Below are positions 1 to 8,858 of a DNA stretch of 64,000 nucleotides, in pieces. The position numbers and the translations under genes were made by a program. This stretch comes from Gemmatimonadaceae bacterium (GTDB taxonomy: Bacteria; Latescibacterota; UBA2968; UBA8231). A model generated the notes under the pieces. That model did not search any database. It was not told where the DNA came from and saw only the letters and a program-made list of their open reading frames with translations. Location of the stretch: positions 16,230-80,229 of the forward strand of contig JAPOZM010000001.1 in NCBI GenBank assembly GCA_026706075.1, written 5' to 3'. Position 1 is the stretch's first letter, and every line of letters begins with the position of its first letter.

Positions 1-691
1 TCTCCTGGTCCTGCTGGTCGGCGTGGAAGATCAGCTCCGGCTCGGTCCAGGTGTCGAAGTCGCGGCTCGTGGACAGGGCGAAGGAGCGCCCGTAGGGACC
101 GTGCCGCTTGGGGGTGGCGATGAACAGCCCCCGCGCGGCGTCGTGGGTGAGGTGGGCCTCGTCGAAGCTGGGGACGGCCGCGCCCTCGAGGTCGCGCCAG
201 GTCAGGCAGTCGGCGGACACGGCGGCCTGCAGGGAGCGGGCGTCGTTGCGCATGCCCTTGAATCGCCGCTCGGGATCCGGGTCGGCGCCGTCGTAGATCG
301 GGCCCTGGAGCATCCCCTTCGCCGTGGGCAGGATGTTGTTGGCGGTCCCCAGGGGCCGCCCGGCCCAGTCGCGGCCGGCGTACTCGAACAGGCCCAGGTC
401 CGGCTTCTCCCAGTTGACGCCGTCCTCGGAGGCGGCGTAGCAGGCGAAGCTCCGTCCGTCCTCCGGCGGCTCGGCGTCGAGGGCCTCCGCGGCGGACTGG
501 TAGATCATGTGGAACCGCCGCGCCTCCGGGTCCCAGGCCGGCGTGGTGCGGATCTGGATGGCGCAGTTGTCCCAGCGCCGGTCCGGCCGCACGATCGCGT
601 TGCCGTGGTACTTGGCCGGTTGGTGCAGGACGCGGGCCAGGTTGTCGATGCGGTCGACGTCGCCGTCGTCGATGAAGAGCCGTCGGGTCAT
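1..691 (-). CDS. hypothetical protein, 5' part only (gene runs off left edge); beta-propeller glycosidase-like pattern
   Basis: Not in the ORF track because it is truncated. Read by hand on the minus strand: ATG at 691-689 (ATGA overlap with the stop of the upstream NHase alpha gene), then MTRRLFIDDGDVDRIDNLARVLHQPAKYHGNAIVRPDRRWDNCAIQIR...YAASEDGVNWEKPDLGLFEY...STSRDFDTWTEPELIFH, with no stop down to nt 2. SEDGxxWEKP and DFxxW resemble 5-bladed propeller (GH32/43/130-like) proteins; family assignment is from memory only. Confidence 0.6.
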   Translation of the reverse strand, partial: MTRRLFIDDGDVDRIDNLARVLHQPAKYHGNAIVRPDRRWDNCAIQIRTTPAWDPEARRFHMIYQSAAEALDAEPPEDGRSFACYAASEDGVNWEKPDLGLFEYAGRDWAGRPLGTANNILPTAKGMLQGPIYDGADPDPERRFKGMRNDARSLQAAVSADCLTWRDLEGAAVPSFDEAHLTHDAARGLFIATPKRHGPYGRSFALSTSRDFDTWTEPELIFHADQQDQE

Positions 692-1305
692 GGGCTTTGC
701 GCCTCCGATACGCCGATCATGCTGTCGCGGGTGACCAAAGCGGCCAGTTCCTCCTGGGGCAGGCCCTCGGTGCCACCGGGCCGGCGCGGCAGCACGAGGT
801 AGCGCAGGTCGGCGGTGCTGTCGATGACGCGCACCCGCACGCTCTCGTCGAGGTCGAGGCCGAACTCGCGCATGACGACACGAGGCTCGACGACGGCCCG
901 CCGCCTGTAGGGGGCGCTCTTGTACCAGTCGGGGGGAGGACCCAGCAGGGCCGTGGGGTAGCAGGAGCACAGGGTGCAGACCACGAGGTGATGGACGCTC
1001 TCCGTGTTCTCCACCACCGCCAGCTCGGCGTCGTGGGTGAGGCTCAGGCCCAGCTCGCCCACGGCCGAACGGGCGTCGGCGAGCAGGCGCCCCTTGAAAC
1101 CCGAATCCGTCCAGGCCCGGGCCACCACCCTGGCGCCATCGGTGATGGAGCGGGACTGGACCCGGCGGGCGCGCTCCTCCACCTCCCCGTCCTCGACCAC
1201 GCCCTTCTCCACCAGCAGTTCGTGCATGGCCAGGGCGCGCCGGGCCCTGGGGGTCAGTTCCTCGTCGGGCTGCACGCCTCGGTGCTCGTCATGTCCGTGG
1301 CTCAT
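688..1305 (-). CDS. nthA: nitrile hydratase alpha subunit, cobalt type
   Basis: ORF 688..1368; start set at MSHGHDEH (ATG 1305). Contains the metal claw VVCTLCSCYP (C-T-L-C-S-C, Co type) and ADLRYLVLPRRPGGTEGL, typical of NHase alpha. Confidence 0.9.
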   Translation of the reverse strand: MSHGHDEHRGVQPDEELTPRARRALAMHELLVEKGVVEDGEVEERARRVQSRSITDGARVVARAWTDSGFKGRLLADARSAVGELGLSLTHDAELAVVENTESVHHLVVCTLCSCYPTALLGPPPDWYKSAPYRRRAVVEPRVVMREFGLDLDESVRVRVIDSTADLRYLVLPRRPGGTEGLPQEELAALVTRDSMIGVSEAQSP

Positions 1306-1627
1306 CTCGGTCCTCCTGTTCGGCCTTCTCCAGCCACTGCTCGTACAGATCGATGTGCAGCAGGTCACCCCGGCCCTCCCGGCAGCGCTCCGCCCAGACC
1401 TCGGCCTGCCGGAACTCCACGTGGTAGAGCAGCCGCCGGGGCTCGCCGGTGCCGCCGTGGGCGCGGCTCTCCGGATCGAGGAAAGGACCGCTCACGGCGC
1501 GGACCATCCCGCGCTTGCCCTTGATGAAGGAGGGCGTGCGGTGGTGGTGGTCCACCGCGTCGGTGCGGACGGTGACGGGTTCGCCCACTCGGAAGCGGCC
1601 ATGTGGGGCGGTGAAGACTACCCCCAT
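1289..1627 (-). CDS. nitrile hydratase beta subunit, C-terminal half (separate ORF as assembled)
   Basis: Inside ORF 1289..1987; ATG at 1627. MGVVFTAPHGRFRVGEPVTVR...HHRTPSFIKGKRGMV...LYHVEFRQAEVW...LLHIDLYEQWLE matches the C-terminal half of NHase beta. Overlaps alpha by 17 nt and the N-half ORF by 10 nt (ATGGGGGTAG). The split depends on a C5 run at 1621..1625. Confidence 0.7.
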   Translation of the reverse strand: MGVVFTAPHGRFRVGEPVTVRTDAVDHHHRTPSFIKGKRGMVRAVSGPFLDPESRAHGGTGEPRRLLYHVEFRQAEVWAERCREGRGDLLHIDLYEQWLEKAEQEDRDEPRT

Positions 1628-1920
1628 CGTCTCTTGACCTCGGCGGCGCGGGCGTCGATCTCGGCGGGGGTGAGGAGCCCCTTCTCCACCAGCAGGGTCT
1701 CGAGGGAGGCCGCCCAGCGCTCGTAGTAGCCGCAGGCCTCGTACTCCCCCGGGGCCATGGTCTCGATGCCGCGGCGCAACTCGTCGACGTTGACCACGCC
1801 GCGATGGCGCAGCACCCCGACCAGGGCGTTGGTAAGGCGCTCCCAGTCGGCCATCTCGCGCTCGGACCGGTCGATGGGCTCCTCGCTCGGCTGGCCGCCC
1901 ATGTCGTGAGCGCGGGTCAT
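1618..1920 (-). CDS. nitrile hydratase beta subunit, N-terminal half (separate ORF as assembled)
   Basis: Inside ORF 1618..2067; start at MTRAHDMGG (ATG 1920), the canonical NHase beta opening (M-x-x-x-HD-x-GG). Continues ...YYERWAASLETLLVEKGLLT... and stops after 100 aa. Confidence 0.7.
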   Translation of the reverse strand: MTRAHDMGGQPSEEPIDRSEREMADWERLTNALVGVLRHRGVVNVDELRRGIETMAPGEYEACGYYERWAASLETLLVEKGLLTPAEIDARAAEVKRRWG

Positions 1921-2054
1921 GGAGTGCGAATAAAGGGGGCGCCCCCGGTGGGTCAACCGGACCCATACAGGGCGGCTTGAGCAGCAACCGCGGCTCCCCT
2001 TACTTCCGGCGCCCCGCCTTGAGACGGCGACCATCCGAAACCAAGGAGCACACA

Positions 2055-2843
2055 ATGCCCGATCCACACTCCCTCGAAGGGAAGAAGGCCCTGGTGACCG
2101 GCGGCAAGCGCCGCATCGGCCGGGGGATCTGCCTGGCCCTGGCCGAGGCCGGCTGCGACGTGGGCGTCAACGACCTGGAGCGGGACGCCGACGGCGAGGA
2201 GACCCTGCGCCTCATCCGGGAACGCGGCCGGGAGGCGGAGCTGTTCGCCGCCGACATCTCCGACAGTTCGCAGGTAGAGGAGATGTTCGCCGCCTTCCTG
2301 GAACGCTTCGGCCGCATCGACATCCTGGCGAACAACCCCTTCGGCGGCACCGGCCAGTCCTTCCTGGAACTGACCGAGGAGAACTGGGACGCCAACCTCG
2401 ACATCGGCCTGAAGGGGTTCTTCCTGTGCAGCCAGCAGGCGGCGCGGGCGATGGTGGAGCAGGGGGACGGCGGGTGCATCGTGAGCACCTCCTCCGTGCA
2501 CGCCAGGCGCGCCTGGAAGGACGATACCGCCTACGGCACGGCGAAGGCGGGCATCCTGCGCCTCACCCAGAGCATGGCCGTCGACCTCGGCCCGCACGGC
2601 ATCCGCTGCAACGCCATCATGCCCGGGTACATGAACACGGATCACGTGCTCGGCACGCCGGCGCCGAAGACCGGCAGCATCCGCAAGGAGCTGTTCGACG
2701 GCGTGCCCCTGCGGCGGCCCGGCACGCCGGAGGACATCGGCCGGGCCGCGGCCTTCCTCTGCTCGCCTGCGGCGGGATGCATCACCGGTGTATCCCTCCA
2801 GGTCGACGGCGGGCTGCTGGCGGCCTCCCCGGGGGTGCCGTGA
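2055..2843 (+). CDS. SDR family oxidoreductase
   Basis: ORF 1977..2843; start moved to ATG 2055 with AAGGAG just upstream. KKALVTGGKRRIGRGICLALA Rossmann motif and YGTAKAG (YxxxK). Confidence 0.85.
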   Translation: MPDPHSLEGKKALVTGGKRRIGRGICLALAEAGCDVGVNDLERDADGEETLRLIRERGREAELFAADISDSSQVEEMFAAFLERFGRIDILANNPFGGTGQSFLELTEENWDANLDIGLKGFFLCSQQAARAMVEQGDGGCIVSTSSVHARRAWKDDTAYGTAKAGILRLTQSMAVDLGPHGIRCNAIMPGYMNTDHVLGTPAPKTGSIRKELFDGVPLRRPGTPEDIGRAAAFLCSPAAGCITGVSLQVDGGLLAASPGVP

Positions 2844-3922
2844 TGGCAGCGGGGCCGGCGGGACCGAAGTACCGAGTGGGCATCATCGGCTGCGGCAGCA
2901 TCGCCCACTACCACATTCGCGGCTGGAACGGCGTGGACCGGGTCGAGGTGGCGGCCCTGGCCGATCCGGTGGCCGAGGCGCGGGAGGAGTTCGGCGAGCG
3001 CTACGGGATCGCCCGGCGCTACGAGGACTTCCGCCAGATGCTCGACGACGAGGCCCTCGACATCGTCTCGATCTGCACCTGGCACAAGCTGCACGCGCCG
3101 ATGACCATCGCCGCCTGCGCCCGCAAGCCCAAGGCGGTGCTGTGCGAGAAGCCCATGGCCACCAGTCTGGGCGAGTGCGACGACATGCTGACCGCCGCCC
3201 GCCGCAACCGCGTCAAGCTGGCGATCGCCCACCAGCGCCGCTTCAACGCGGCGTGGACCCTGGCCAGGGAACTGGTGGCGGAGGGGGCCATCGGCGAGGT
3301 GCGGCAGGTCAGCGCGCGCGGCGGCCAGGGCCTGCTCAACGACTGCTCGCACCTGTTGGACATGATGCGCTACGTGATGGGCGATCCGCGGGCGGTGTGG
3401 GTCATGGGCAACATCGAGCGCAAGACCGAGCGCTTCGAGCGCGACATCCCCATCGAGGACCGGAGTCTGTGCGTGGTGCAGTTCGACAACGGCGCCATCG
3501 GGCAGGTCCTGCAGGAGCTGGCCGGCCCCAACTACCAGGGCGGGGTCTTCTACGGCTCGGAGGGCATCCTCGAGCTCGACGAGAGCAAGGTGCGGCTCCT
3601 CAACAGCCGGACCGGCGCCTGGCAGGAGCGTCCGTGCGAGGGCGAGGATCCCGTCGTCGGGCAGCAGCGGGAGATCGTCGAGTGGATCGAAGGCGAGGTC
3701 GAGCACCGCGGCCAGGCGGAGCACGGCCGGGCGGCCGTGGAGATCATCATGGCCACCTACGAGTCGGCGCGGCTCCACGAGGTGACCGCCCTGCCTCTGC
3801 GGACGATGGCCTCGCCCCTGGAGGTGATGATCGAGTCGGGGGATCTGCCGGTGGAGCGTCCGGGCCGCTACGACATCCGGTCCTTCCTGCTGCGCGGCGA
3901 GGAGATGCAGCCGGAGGGCTAG
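2843..3922 (+). CDS. Gfo/Idh/MocA family oxidoreductase
   Basis: In ORF 2426..3922; ATG 2843 overlaps the SDR stop (TGATG). KYRVGIIGCGSIAHYH N-terminal Rossmann motif and AVLCEKPMA motif. Confidence 0.85.
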   Translation: MAAGPAGPKYRVGIIGCGSIAHYHIRGWNGVDRVEVAALADPVAEAREEFGERYGIARRYEDFRQMLDDEALDIVSICTWHKLHAPMTIAACARKPKAVLCEKPMATSLGECDDMLTAARRNRVKLAIAHQRRFNAAWTLARELVAEGAIGEVRQVSARGGQGLLNDCSHLLDMMRYVMGDPRAVWVMGNIERKTERFERDIPIEDRSLCVVQFDNGAIGQVLQELAGPNYQGGVFYGSEGILELDESKVRLLNSRTGAWQERPCEGEDPVVGQQREIVEWIEGEVEHRGQAEHGRAAVEIIMATYESARLHEVTALPLRTMASPLEVMIESGDLPVERPGRYDIRSFLLRGEEMQPEG

Positions 3923-4572
3923 TCGATCTTGACCATCTTGCGGATGCGCATCTCACCCTGGTGCAGCCGCACGACATAGACGCCGGCGGCGACAGGGCGT
4001 CCATCTCCATTCCGGCCATCCCAACCGAGCCGGTGCTCACCAGCGGCCAGCGGACCGCTCCACAAGTGGCGCACCGGCTGCCCCGAGATATTGTAGACCG
4101 TCAGACTCACGGCGGCTCCGCCGGCCATGACCGTCACCGGGATCGTCGTGGCCGAGTTGAACGGGTTGGGATAGCTGGCACCGAGGGAACAGGTGGTGGG
4201 TGCGGTAGGCCCCTCCGCTATGGTCGTGGCCGCGCTTGAGCCACACGTGGAGTACACGTACACGCATCCCGGAATACCGGGATGGTGGTAGTAGTGATCC
4301 TGCCGGCGGTGGTGATAGTGGTCCCGCCAGTACTCGACGGGCAGGTGGTCTTCCCAGTCGCACGGAAGCGACGTCATGCGAGAGCCGCTGCTCCCCTCGG
4401 CGATCCCGTGGCAGTCATCGGCCGGCGTCCGGTCGGCGATGGAGAACACCACCACCAGCGCAGCCGCTACGCTGGCCGGCGACCGCAGAGTTAACCCCCT
4501 GGCGCGGCTCCAGGCGGCGGCTGGCGATGCCGGGGGCGTGTTCGGTCGTCGTCCCTGGAATCCCCGATTCAT
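3919..4572 (-). CDS. small secreted His/Tyr-rich protein with T9SS C-terminal sorting domain
   Basis: ORF 3919..4641; start at MNRGFQGRR (ATG 4572). Hydrophobic leader SPASVAAALVVVFSIA; EYWRDHYHHRRQDHYYHHPG stretch; C-terminus ASYPNPFNSATTIPVTV...LTVYNISGQPV...WDGRNGDGRPVAAGVYVVRL...MVKID, a T9SS type-A / FlgD-Ig-like tail. Confidence 0.7.
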   Translation of the reverse strand: MNRGFQGRRPNTPPASPAAAWSRARGLTLRSPASVAAALVVVFSIADRTPADDCHGIAEGSSGSRMTSLPCDWEDHLPVEYWRDHYHHRRQDHYYHHPGIPGCVYVYSTCGSSAATTIAEGPTAPTTCSLGASYPNPFNSATTIPVTVMAGGAAVSLTVYNISGQPVRHLWSGPLAAGEHRLGWDGRNGDGRPVAAGVYVVRLHQGEMRIRKMVKID

Positions 4573-4824
4573 GGCTCCCTCCCGGTGGAGATGGCACGCC
4601 AGGCCCGATGCCTGGCGGTGCGCTCGAGGACCTTGCAGCAAGCCCCGTGCCTCGGCCTCCGGGAGGCCCTGCGCGGTAGCTGCCCGGGAGAGATTCGTTT
4701 GAAAGGGTGTTGAGGGTGGCCGGATCCGCCACTACCCCGGCGGGAGCCGCCGGGAGCCGGGACGTTTCCGCGGGCGGCCCGGGCCTGAAAGCTGGTCAGA
4801 CGGTGCGTGCCTCCCGCGGCGGCT

Positions 4825-5738
4825 TCAGAACCGCAGCTTGGCGGTTGCTGAGAATCCCCGCCCACGGGTTGGCGACAGACGGATGGAGAGACTGCCGTCT
4901 TCAGGGGGGTCGCGGAACCACTCGGAGGCGAGCGTGGCGACTACCACGGGAGTCCCGAACACTGCCGCCGCATACAGCTCCCAAGAGTCCAATGGATCTA
5001 TATCCCCGCTCAGCGTGTCATAGCCGACCAGCGCTCCACAGATCCCGACCAATCCCGCAACACTGCCACCCAGGGCAGGTACATACCGAGCCCTTGGGTC
5101 CGACAAGCTCACGCCGGCCGCGGTTCCGAGGGCAAGCCCAGCCGTCCCGACCAGGAATGCAGACCCCGGTACACAGAATGGCTCCTCTGATCCAGAGCAC
5201 TGCCCGGCCCCGAGAATGCCTCCTACCCCAAGTCCTGCGTACGCCCCGAAGACACCCCCAAGGAGACCTATACCGAGCTTCCGGAAGATCCGCACGCCCT
5301 CGTCCTCCCTCCCTGCCATCTCAACGGGGAGGTGTTCCCGCCGGGGCCGGCCCTTGCTGGCAGCCCTCGGCCTGTCGATCGCCGCTTCCCCCGAAGGCGG
5401 CCCCTCCATGACCACCTCCGAATGCGGTCCAACGAGATCCGCACATGGCGCAGATCCCGTTCCCGGGCCAGGACCAACGCCGACACCTCGATGGCCTGGA
5501 CCCAGCCCGCCGTCGTGTCCAGCCGGGCCCACTCCCCCGAGACCGGATGCCGCTCTCCCCGCCCGTGGACGACCGCCACCCGGGCGCCGGCCGGCACCGT
5601 GCGGGCATCGATCTCGCCGGCTTCCAGGACCACCTTCTCCGGACGCAGTCCGACCTCTGCGAACGCGGATGCCGCCCACGCCAGGCATGCCCCGGCAAGA
5701 AGGGGGATCACCCCATGAGGGATCCGGACCGAGTTCAT
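4825..5738 (-). pseudogene. frameshifted paralog of the Gly-zipper partner gene 7983..8840
   Basis: The N-part lies in ORF 5268..5975 from ATG 5738 (MNSVRIPHGVIPLLAGACLAWAASAFA...ISLDRIRR). The C-part lies in ORF 4825..5688 (...VVMEGPPSGE...FRKLGIGLLGGVFG...SATAKLRF). The 914-nt span is not a multiple of 3. Around the junction this copy (5404..5426, ctccatgaccacctccgaatgcg) is 1 nt shorter than the intact copy (8508..8531, ctccatgaccaaccggtgaatgcg). Confidence 0.6.
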
Positions 5739-5784
5739 GTCTCTCTCCCTCTCGCCGCCATATCTCCGAGACGGGGACGGCGCC

Positions 5785-7971
5785 TTACTTGAGTAGAAGC
5801 ATCTTCCGCATCTGGACGATCGCCCCGGCCTGCAGCCGGGCGAAGTAGACCCCGCTGGCCAGAGGCTCGCCCCGCTGGCCCCGGCCGTCCCAGCGTGCAG
5901 CTCTTCCGCTGGCTCGGTACCAGCCCGCCGGCCGGCGGCCCAGATCGATCTCGCGCACCCGGGCGCCCCGGACATCGTGGATCGTCAGGCGCACCCGCGC
6001 CGGCGCCTGGAGCTGGAAGGGGATCCAGGTCTCCGGGTTGAAGGGATTGGGGTAGCTGGCCAGCAGGGCGGTCCGGTCCGGCAGAGGCTGGGAGAGCCCG
6101 ACCGACGTCGGTCCGGCCAGATGCGGCGACATGTCCCACAGCAGGATGGTGCCGTCGGAGTTGCCGCTGGCCAGGGTCGCGCCGTCGGGAGAGAAGGCCA
6201 CCGAAATGACCACACTCCCGTCTCCCTGGCCCTTGAGGATGGACCGGAGCTCCCAGGTGTGGGCGTCCCACAGACGGATCGGGCTGGAGCCACCGGTGTA
6301 GATCCGTCCGTCGGGAGAGAAGGCCACGGAACCAGTGGCGGCTCCTTCAAGCGTAGTCCGCAGCTCTCCGGTTTCCGCGTCCCACAGCCATCCGCCATTG
6401 GCGAGGGTCCGTCCATCCGGTGAGAAGGCCACCGAGCCTCTGGTTCCCCCCTCCAGGACGGACCGGAGCTCTCCGGTGTCGGGGTCCCACAGCCGGATGG
6501 TGTCGTCGTCATGGGCGCTGGCGAGGGTTCGTCCATCCGGCGCGAAGGCTACCGACCAGACCGTCTCCGGATAGGCGTCGAGAACGGCCTTCAGCCTGCG
6601 GTCGGCCACCGACCACAGCAGGATCTGCCCGTGCCAGTCGCCGTTGGCCAGGAGGGAGCCGTCCGGCGAGAAGGCCACCGAACCGACTCGCCCCGCGGGG
6701 CCCCGAAGGGTGGCCATGTGCCGGCCGCTGGCGGGGTCCCACAAGCGGACCGTCAGGTCCTGGCTGCCGGTGGCCAGGAGGGAGCCGTCCGGGGAGAAAA
6801 CCACCGAGGTGACCCGCCGCTGATGCCCGGGGAGGAAGGCCCTGAGGCGGCGGCCGTCCACGTCCCACAGACGGACCGCATTGTCGTCGCCCGTACTGGC
6901 CAGGCTCTTCCCGTCCGGCGAGAACGCTACCGACCGCACCCTCCCCATGTGCTCCCCCGCAAAGTGCAAGACGGACTCGAGCGCTCCGCTGGCCACGTCC
7001 CACCGGCCGACCGTATGGCGCTGACCGCCGCTGACGACGACCCTGCCTTCAGGCGAGAAGGTCACGGAGAGGATCCTGTAGTTTCCCATCTGCAGCGACG
7101 CCCCGGACTGGCCGCTGGCCACGTCCCACAACCGCACCTCGCGACCGCCGCCGCCGACCAGGGTCGCCCCGTCCGGAGAGAAAGCCAGGAAGTAGACCCC
7201 GCCCCGGCGAGGCAGGGTGGTCCTGCGCGCGCCGGTAGCCGCGTCCCACAGCCGGATCTCGCCGTCCCGGGTGCCGCTGGCCAGGAGCGAGCCGTCCGGA
7301 GAGAAGGCCACGGCATGGACCCAGTGCCCATGTCCTTCCAGGGTGGCCGTGGGCAGGCCGTCCTCGACCGACCACAGCCGCGCCGTGCCGTCGCCGCTGC
7401 CGCTGGCCAGGGTCGTCCCGTCCGGCGAGAAGGCCACGGAGAGGACGTCCCACCGGTGCCCCGCGAGGGTGGCCTCGTGTCGGGCGGTCTCCACGTCCCA
7501 CAGCCGGATCCGCTTGTCCTCGCCGCCGGTGGTGGCCAGGGTGGTTCCGTCCGGGGAGAAGGCCATGGCGAGAACCCCGCCTCTGTGCTTCTCGGCGGTG
7601 TCCTTGTAGCCCCCGCTCTCAACGTCCCAGAACCGGACCGAACCGTCCGCGCCTCCGCCGGCCAGGATGGACCCGTCCGGGGAGAAGGCCAGGCTTCTGC
7701 GGCTCCCGTCCGCGCTCCCTTGCAGCCGGGCGATCTCTTCGCCGGTGTGCCCGTCCCGGAGCCAGAGGCCGTACTTGCTGCTCACGGCCAGCCGCGTGCC
7801 GTCGGCCGAGAGGGCGGGCCGCACCCAGGACTCGCCCCGGCCCAGGCGGGCGATGGTGCCTTCGGGCAGCGGCACCGTTTCGCCGCCGGCGAGGCCGTCC
7901 CGCGCCAGCAGGAGACCGAGCCCGGCGAGGGCAACGGAGGTGAGCACCGGGTCCGGCGATGGACGACGCAT
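5785..7971 (-). CDS. secreted WD40-repeat protein (about 14 blades) with T9SS C-terminal sorting domain, copy B
   Basis: ORF 5785..8079; start moved to ATG 7971 (MRRPSPDPVLTSVALAGLGLLLA leader). About 14 repeats of the xAFSPDGxxLA...RLWD WD40 signature. C-terminus LLASYPNPFNPETWIPFQL...GVYFARL...MLLLK. Confidence 0.85.
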   Translation of the reverse strand: MRRPSPDPVLTSVALAGLGLLLARDGLAGGETVPLPEGTIARLGRGESWVRPALSADGTRLAVSSKYGLWLRDGHTGEEIARLQGSADGSRRSLAFSPDGSILAGGGADGSVRFWDVESGGYKDTAEKHRGGVLAMAFSPDGTTLATTGGEDKRIRLWDVETARHEATLAGHRWDVLSVAFSPDGTTLASGSGDGTARLWSVEDGLPTATLEGHGHWVHAVAFSPDGSLLASGTRDGEIRLWDAATGARRTTLPRRGGVYFLAFSPDGATLVGGGGREVRLWDVASGQSGASLQMGNYRILSVTFSPEGRVVVSGGQRHTVGRWDVASGALESVLHFAGEHMGRVRSVAFSPDGKSLASTGDDNAVRLWDVDGRRLRAFLPGHQRRVTSVVFSPDGSLLATGSQDLTVRLWDPASGRHMATLRGPAGRVGSVAFSPDGSLLANGDWHGQILLWSVADRRLKAVLDAYPETVWSVAFAPDGRTLASAHDDDTIRLWDPDTGELRSVLEGGTRGSVAFSPDGRTLANGGWLWDAETGELRTTLEGAATGSVAFSPDGRIYTGGSSPIRLWDAHTWELRSILKGQGDGSVVISVAFSPDGATLASGNSDGTILLWDMSPHLAGPTSVGLSQPLPDRTALLASYPNPFNPETWIPFQLQAPARVRLTIHDVRGARVREIDLGRRPAGWYRASGRAARWDGRGQRGEPLASGVYFARLQAGAIVQMRKMLLLK

Positions 7972-7982
7972 GCGACCCGGCT

Positions 7983-8840
7983 TCAGAACCGCAGCGTGGC
8001 GGCCGTTGACATTCCGCCCCCGGGGTGTGGCTGCAGCGCGATGGAGATGCGCTGGGCCTCGGGAGGCTCGCGGGACCACTCGGACACCATCGTTGCCACG
8101 GCGACCGGGCCGGCGAACAAGGTCGGCCAGAGTATCTCTGCTGCACCCGTCAGGTAGAAGCCGGCGACGAGTCCCGCCGCACTGCCCCCCAGGACCGGAA
8201 TGAACCGGTCATGGGGATCCACCCGGCTGACGCCGGCGGCGGCTCCGACCGTATAGCCCGTCGTCCCAAAGAGAAGAGCACCGGCGACTCTCCCCAATCC
8301 GCAGAGGTCACCCTCGTCTCCCCCCGGGCAGCTTTCCGACGAGCCCAGGGCCGCTCCGGCAACCATGCCCCCCAAGCCCCACACGACACCCCCGAGGACA
8401 CCCCCACCCAGCTTTCGGAAGACCCGTGCGCCCCTGTCCTCCCTTCTCACTTCAACGGAGACGGGCGCCGGCCGTGGCCTGCCCTCCCCGGAGGCCCCCG
8501 AGGGCATCTCCATGACCAACCGGTGAATGCGATCCAGAGGGACCCTCTGCTGGCTGAGGTTCCCTTCCCGGGCCAGGATCAGCGCAGAATCATCGACAGC
8601 CTGGACGTGGCCCATCGACGAGTCCAGGCGCGCCCACTTCCCCGAGACCGGATGCCGCTCACCCCGCCCGTGGACGACCGTCACCCGGGCGCCCGCCTGC
8701 ATGCGGACATCGATCTCGCCGGCTTTCATCACCACCTCCGCCGGCGGCAGTCCGCCCTCTGCGGACGCGGATGCCGCCCACACCAGGCATGCCAGGGCAA
8801 GAAGGGGGCTCACCCCATGAGGGGTCCGGATGGATTTCAT
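7983..8840 (-). CDS. exported Gly-zipper protein, partner of the WD40 genes (family not recognised)
   Basis: ORF 7983..8840, 285 aa. Signal peptide MKSIRTPHGVSPLLALACLVWAASASA, then a roughly 90-aa beta-rich domain. Gly-rich hydrophobic segments GGVLGGVVWGLGGMVAGAALG, GALLFGTTGYTVGAAAG and LGGSAAGLVAGFYLTGAA. C-terminal ...TAATLRF has an aromatic last residue, as in OM beta-signals. Confidence 0.75.
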   Translation of the reverse strand: MKSIRTPHGVSPLLALACLVWAASASAEGGLPPAEVVMKAGEIDVRMQAGARVTVVHGRGERHPVSGKWARLDSSMGHVQAVDDSALILAREGNLSQQRVPLDRIHRLVMEMPSGASGEGRPRPAPVSVEVRREDRGARVFRKLGGGVLGGVVWGLGGMVAGAALGSSESCPGGDEGDLCGLGRVAGALLFGTTGYTVGAAAGVSRVDPHDRFIPVLGGSAAGLVAGFYLTGAAEILWPTLFAGPVAVATMVSEWSREPPEAQRISIALQPHPGGGMSTAATLRF

Positions 8841-8858
8841 GTCAACAGGGCCGGCGCC

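Noticed and set aside
23-802. 259-aa plus-strand ORF at the left edge
   Set aside because: It is antisense to a clean, stop-free minus-strand frame that starts at 691 and shows propeller-like motifs. The plus-frame product is Gly/Val/Ala/Arg filler.
688-1920. Calling the three-ORF enzyme a thiocyanate hydrolase
   Set aside because: The gene order fits scnB-A-C. However, the alpha-like subunit is NHase-sized (205 aa, no long N-terminal extension) and carries the YP after the claw, as in Co-NHases. The split itself may be a homopolymer artefact. I kept it as an alternative only.
4825-5738. Programmed ribosomal frameshift in the partner-gene copy B
   Set aside because: There is no slippery heptamer or downstream structure at the junction, and the intact paralog needs no frameshift. 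A 1-nt deletion or assembly error is the simpler explanation.
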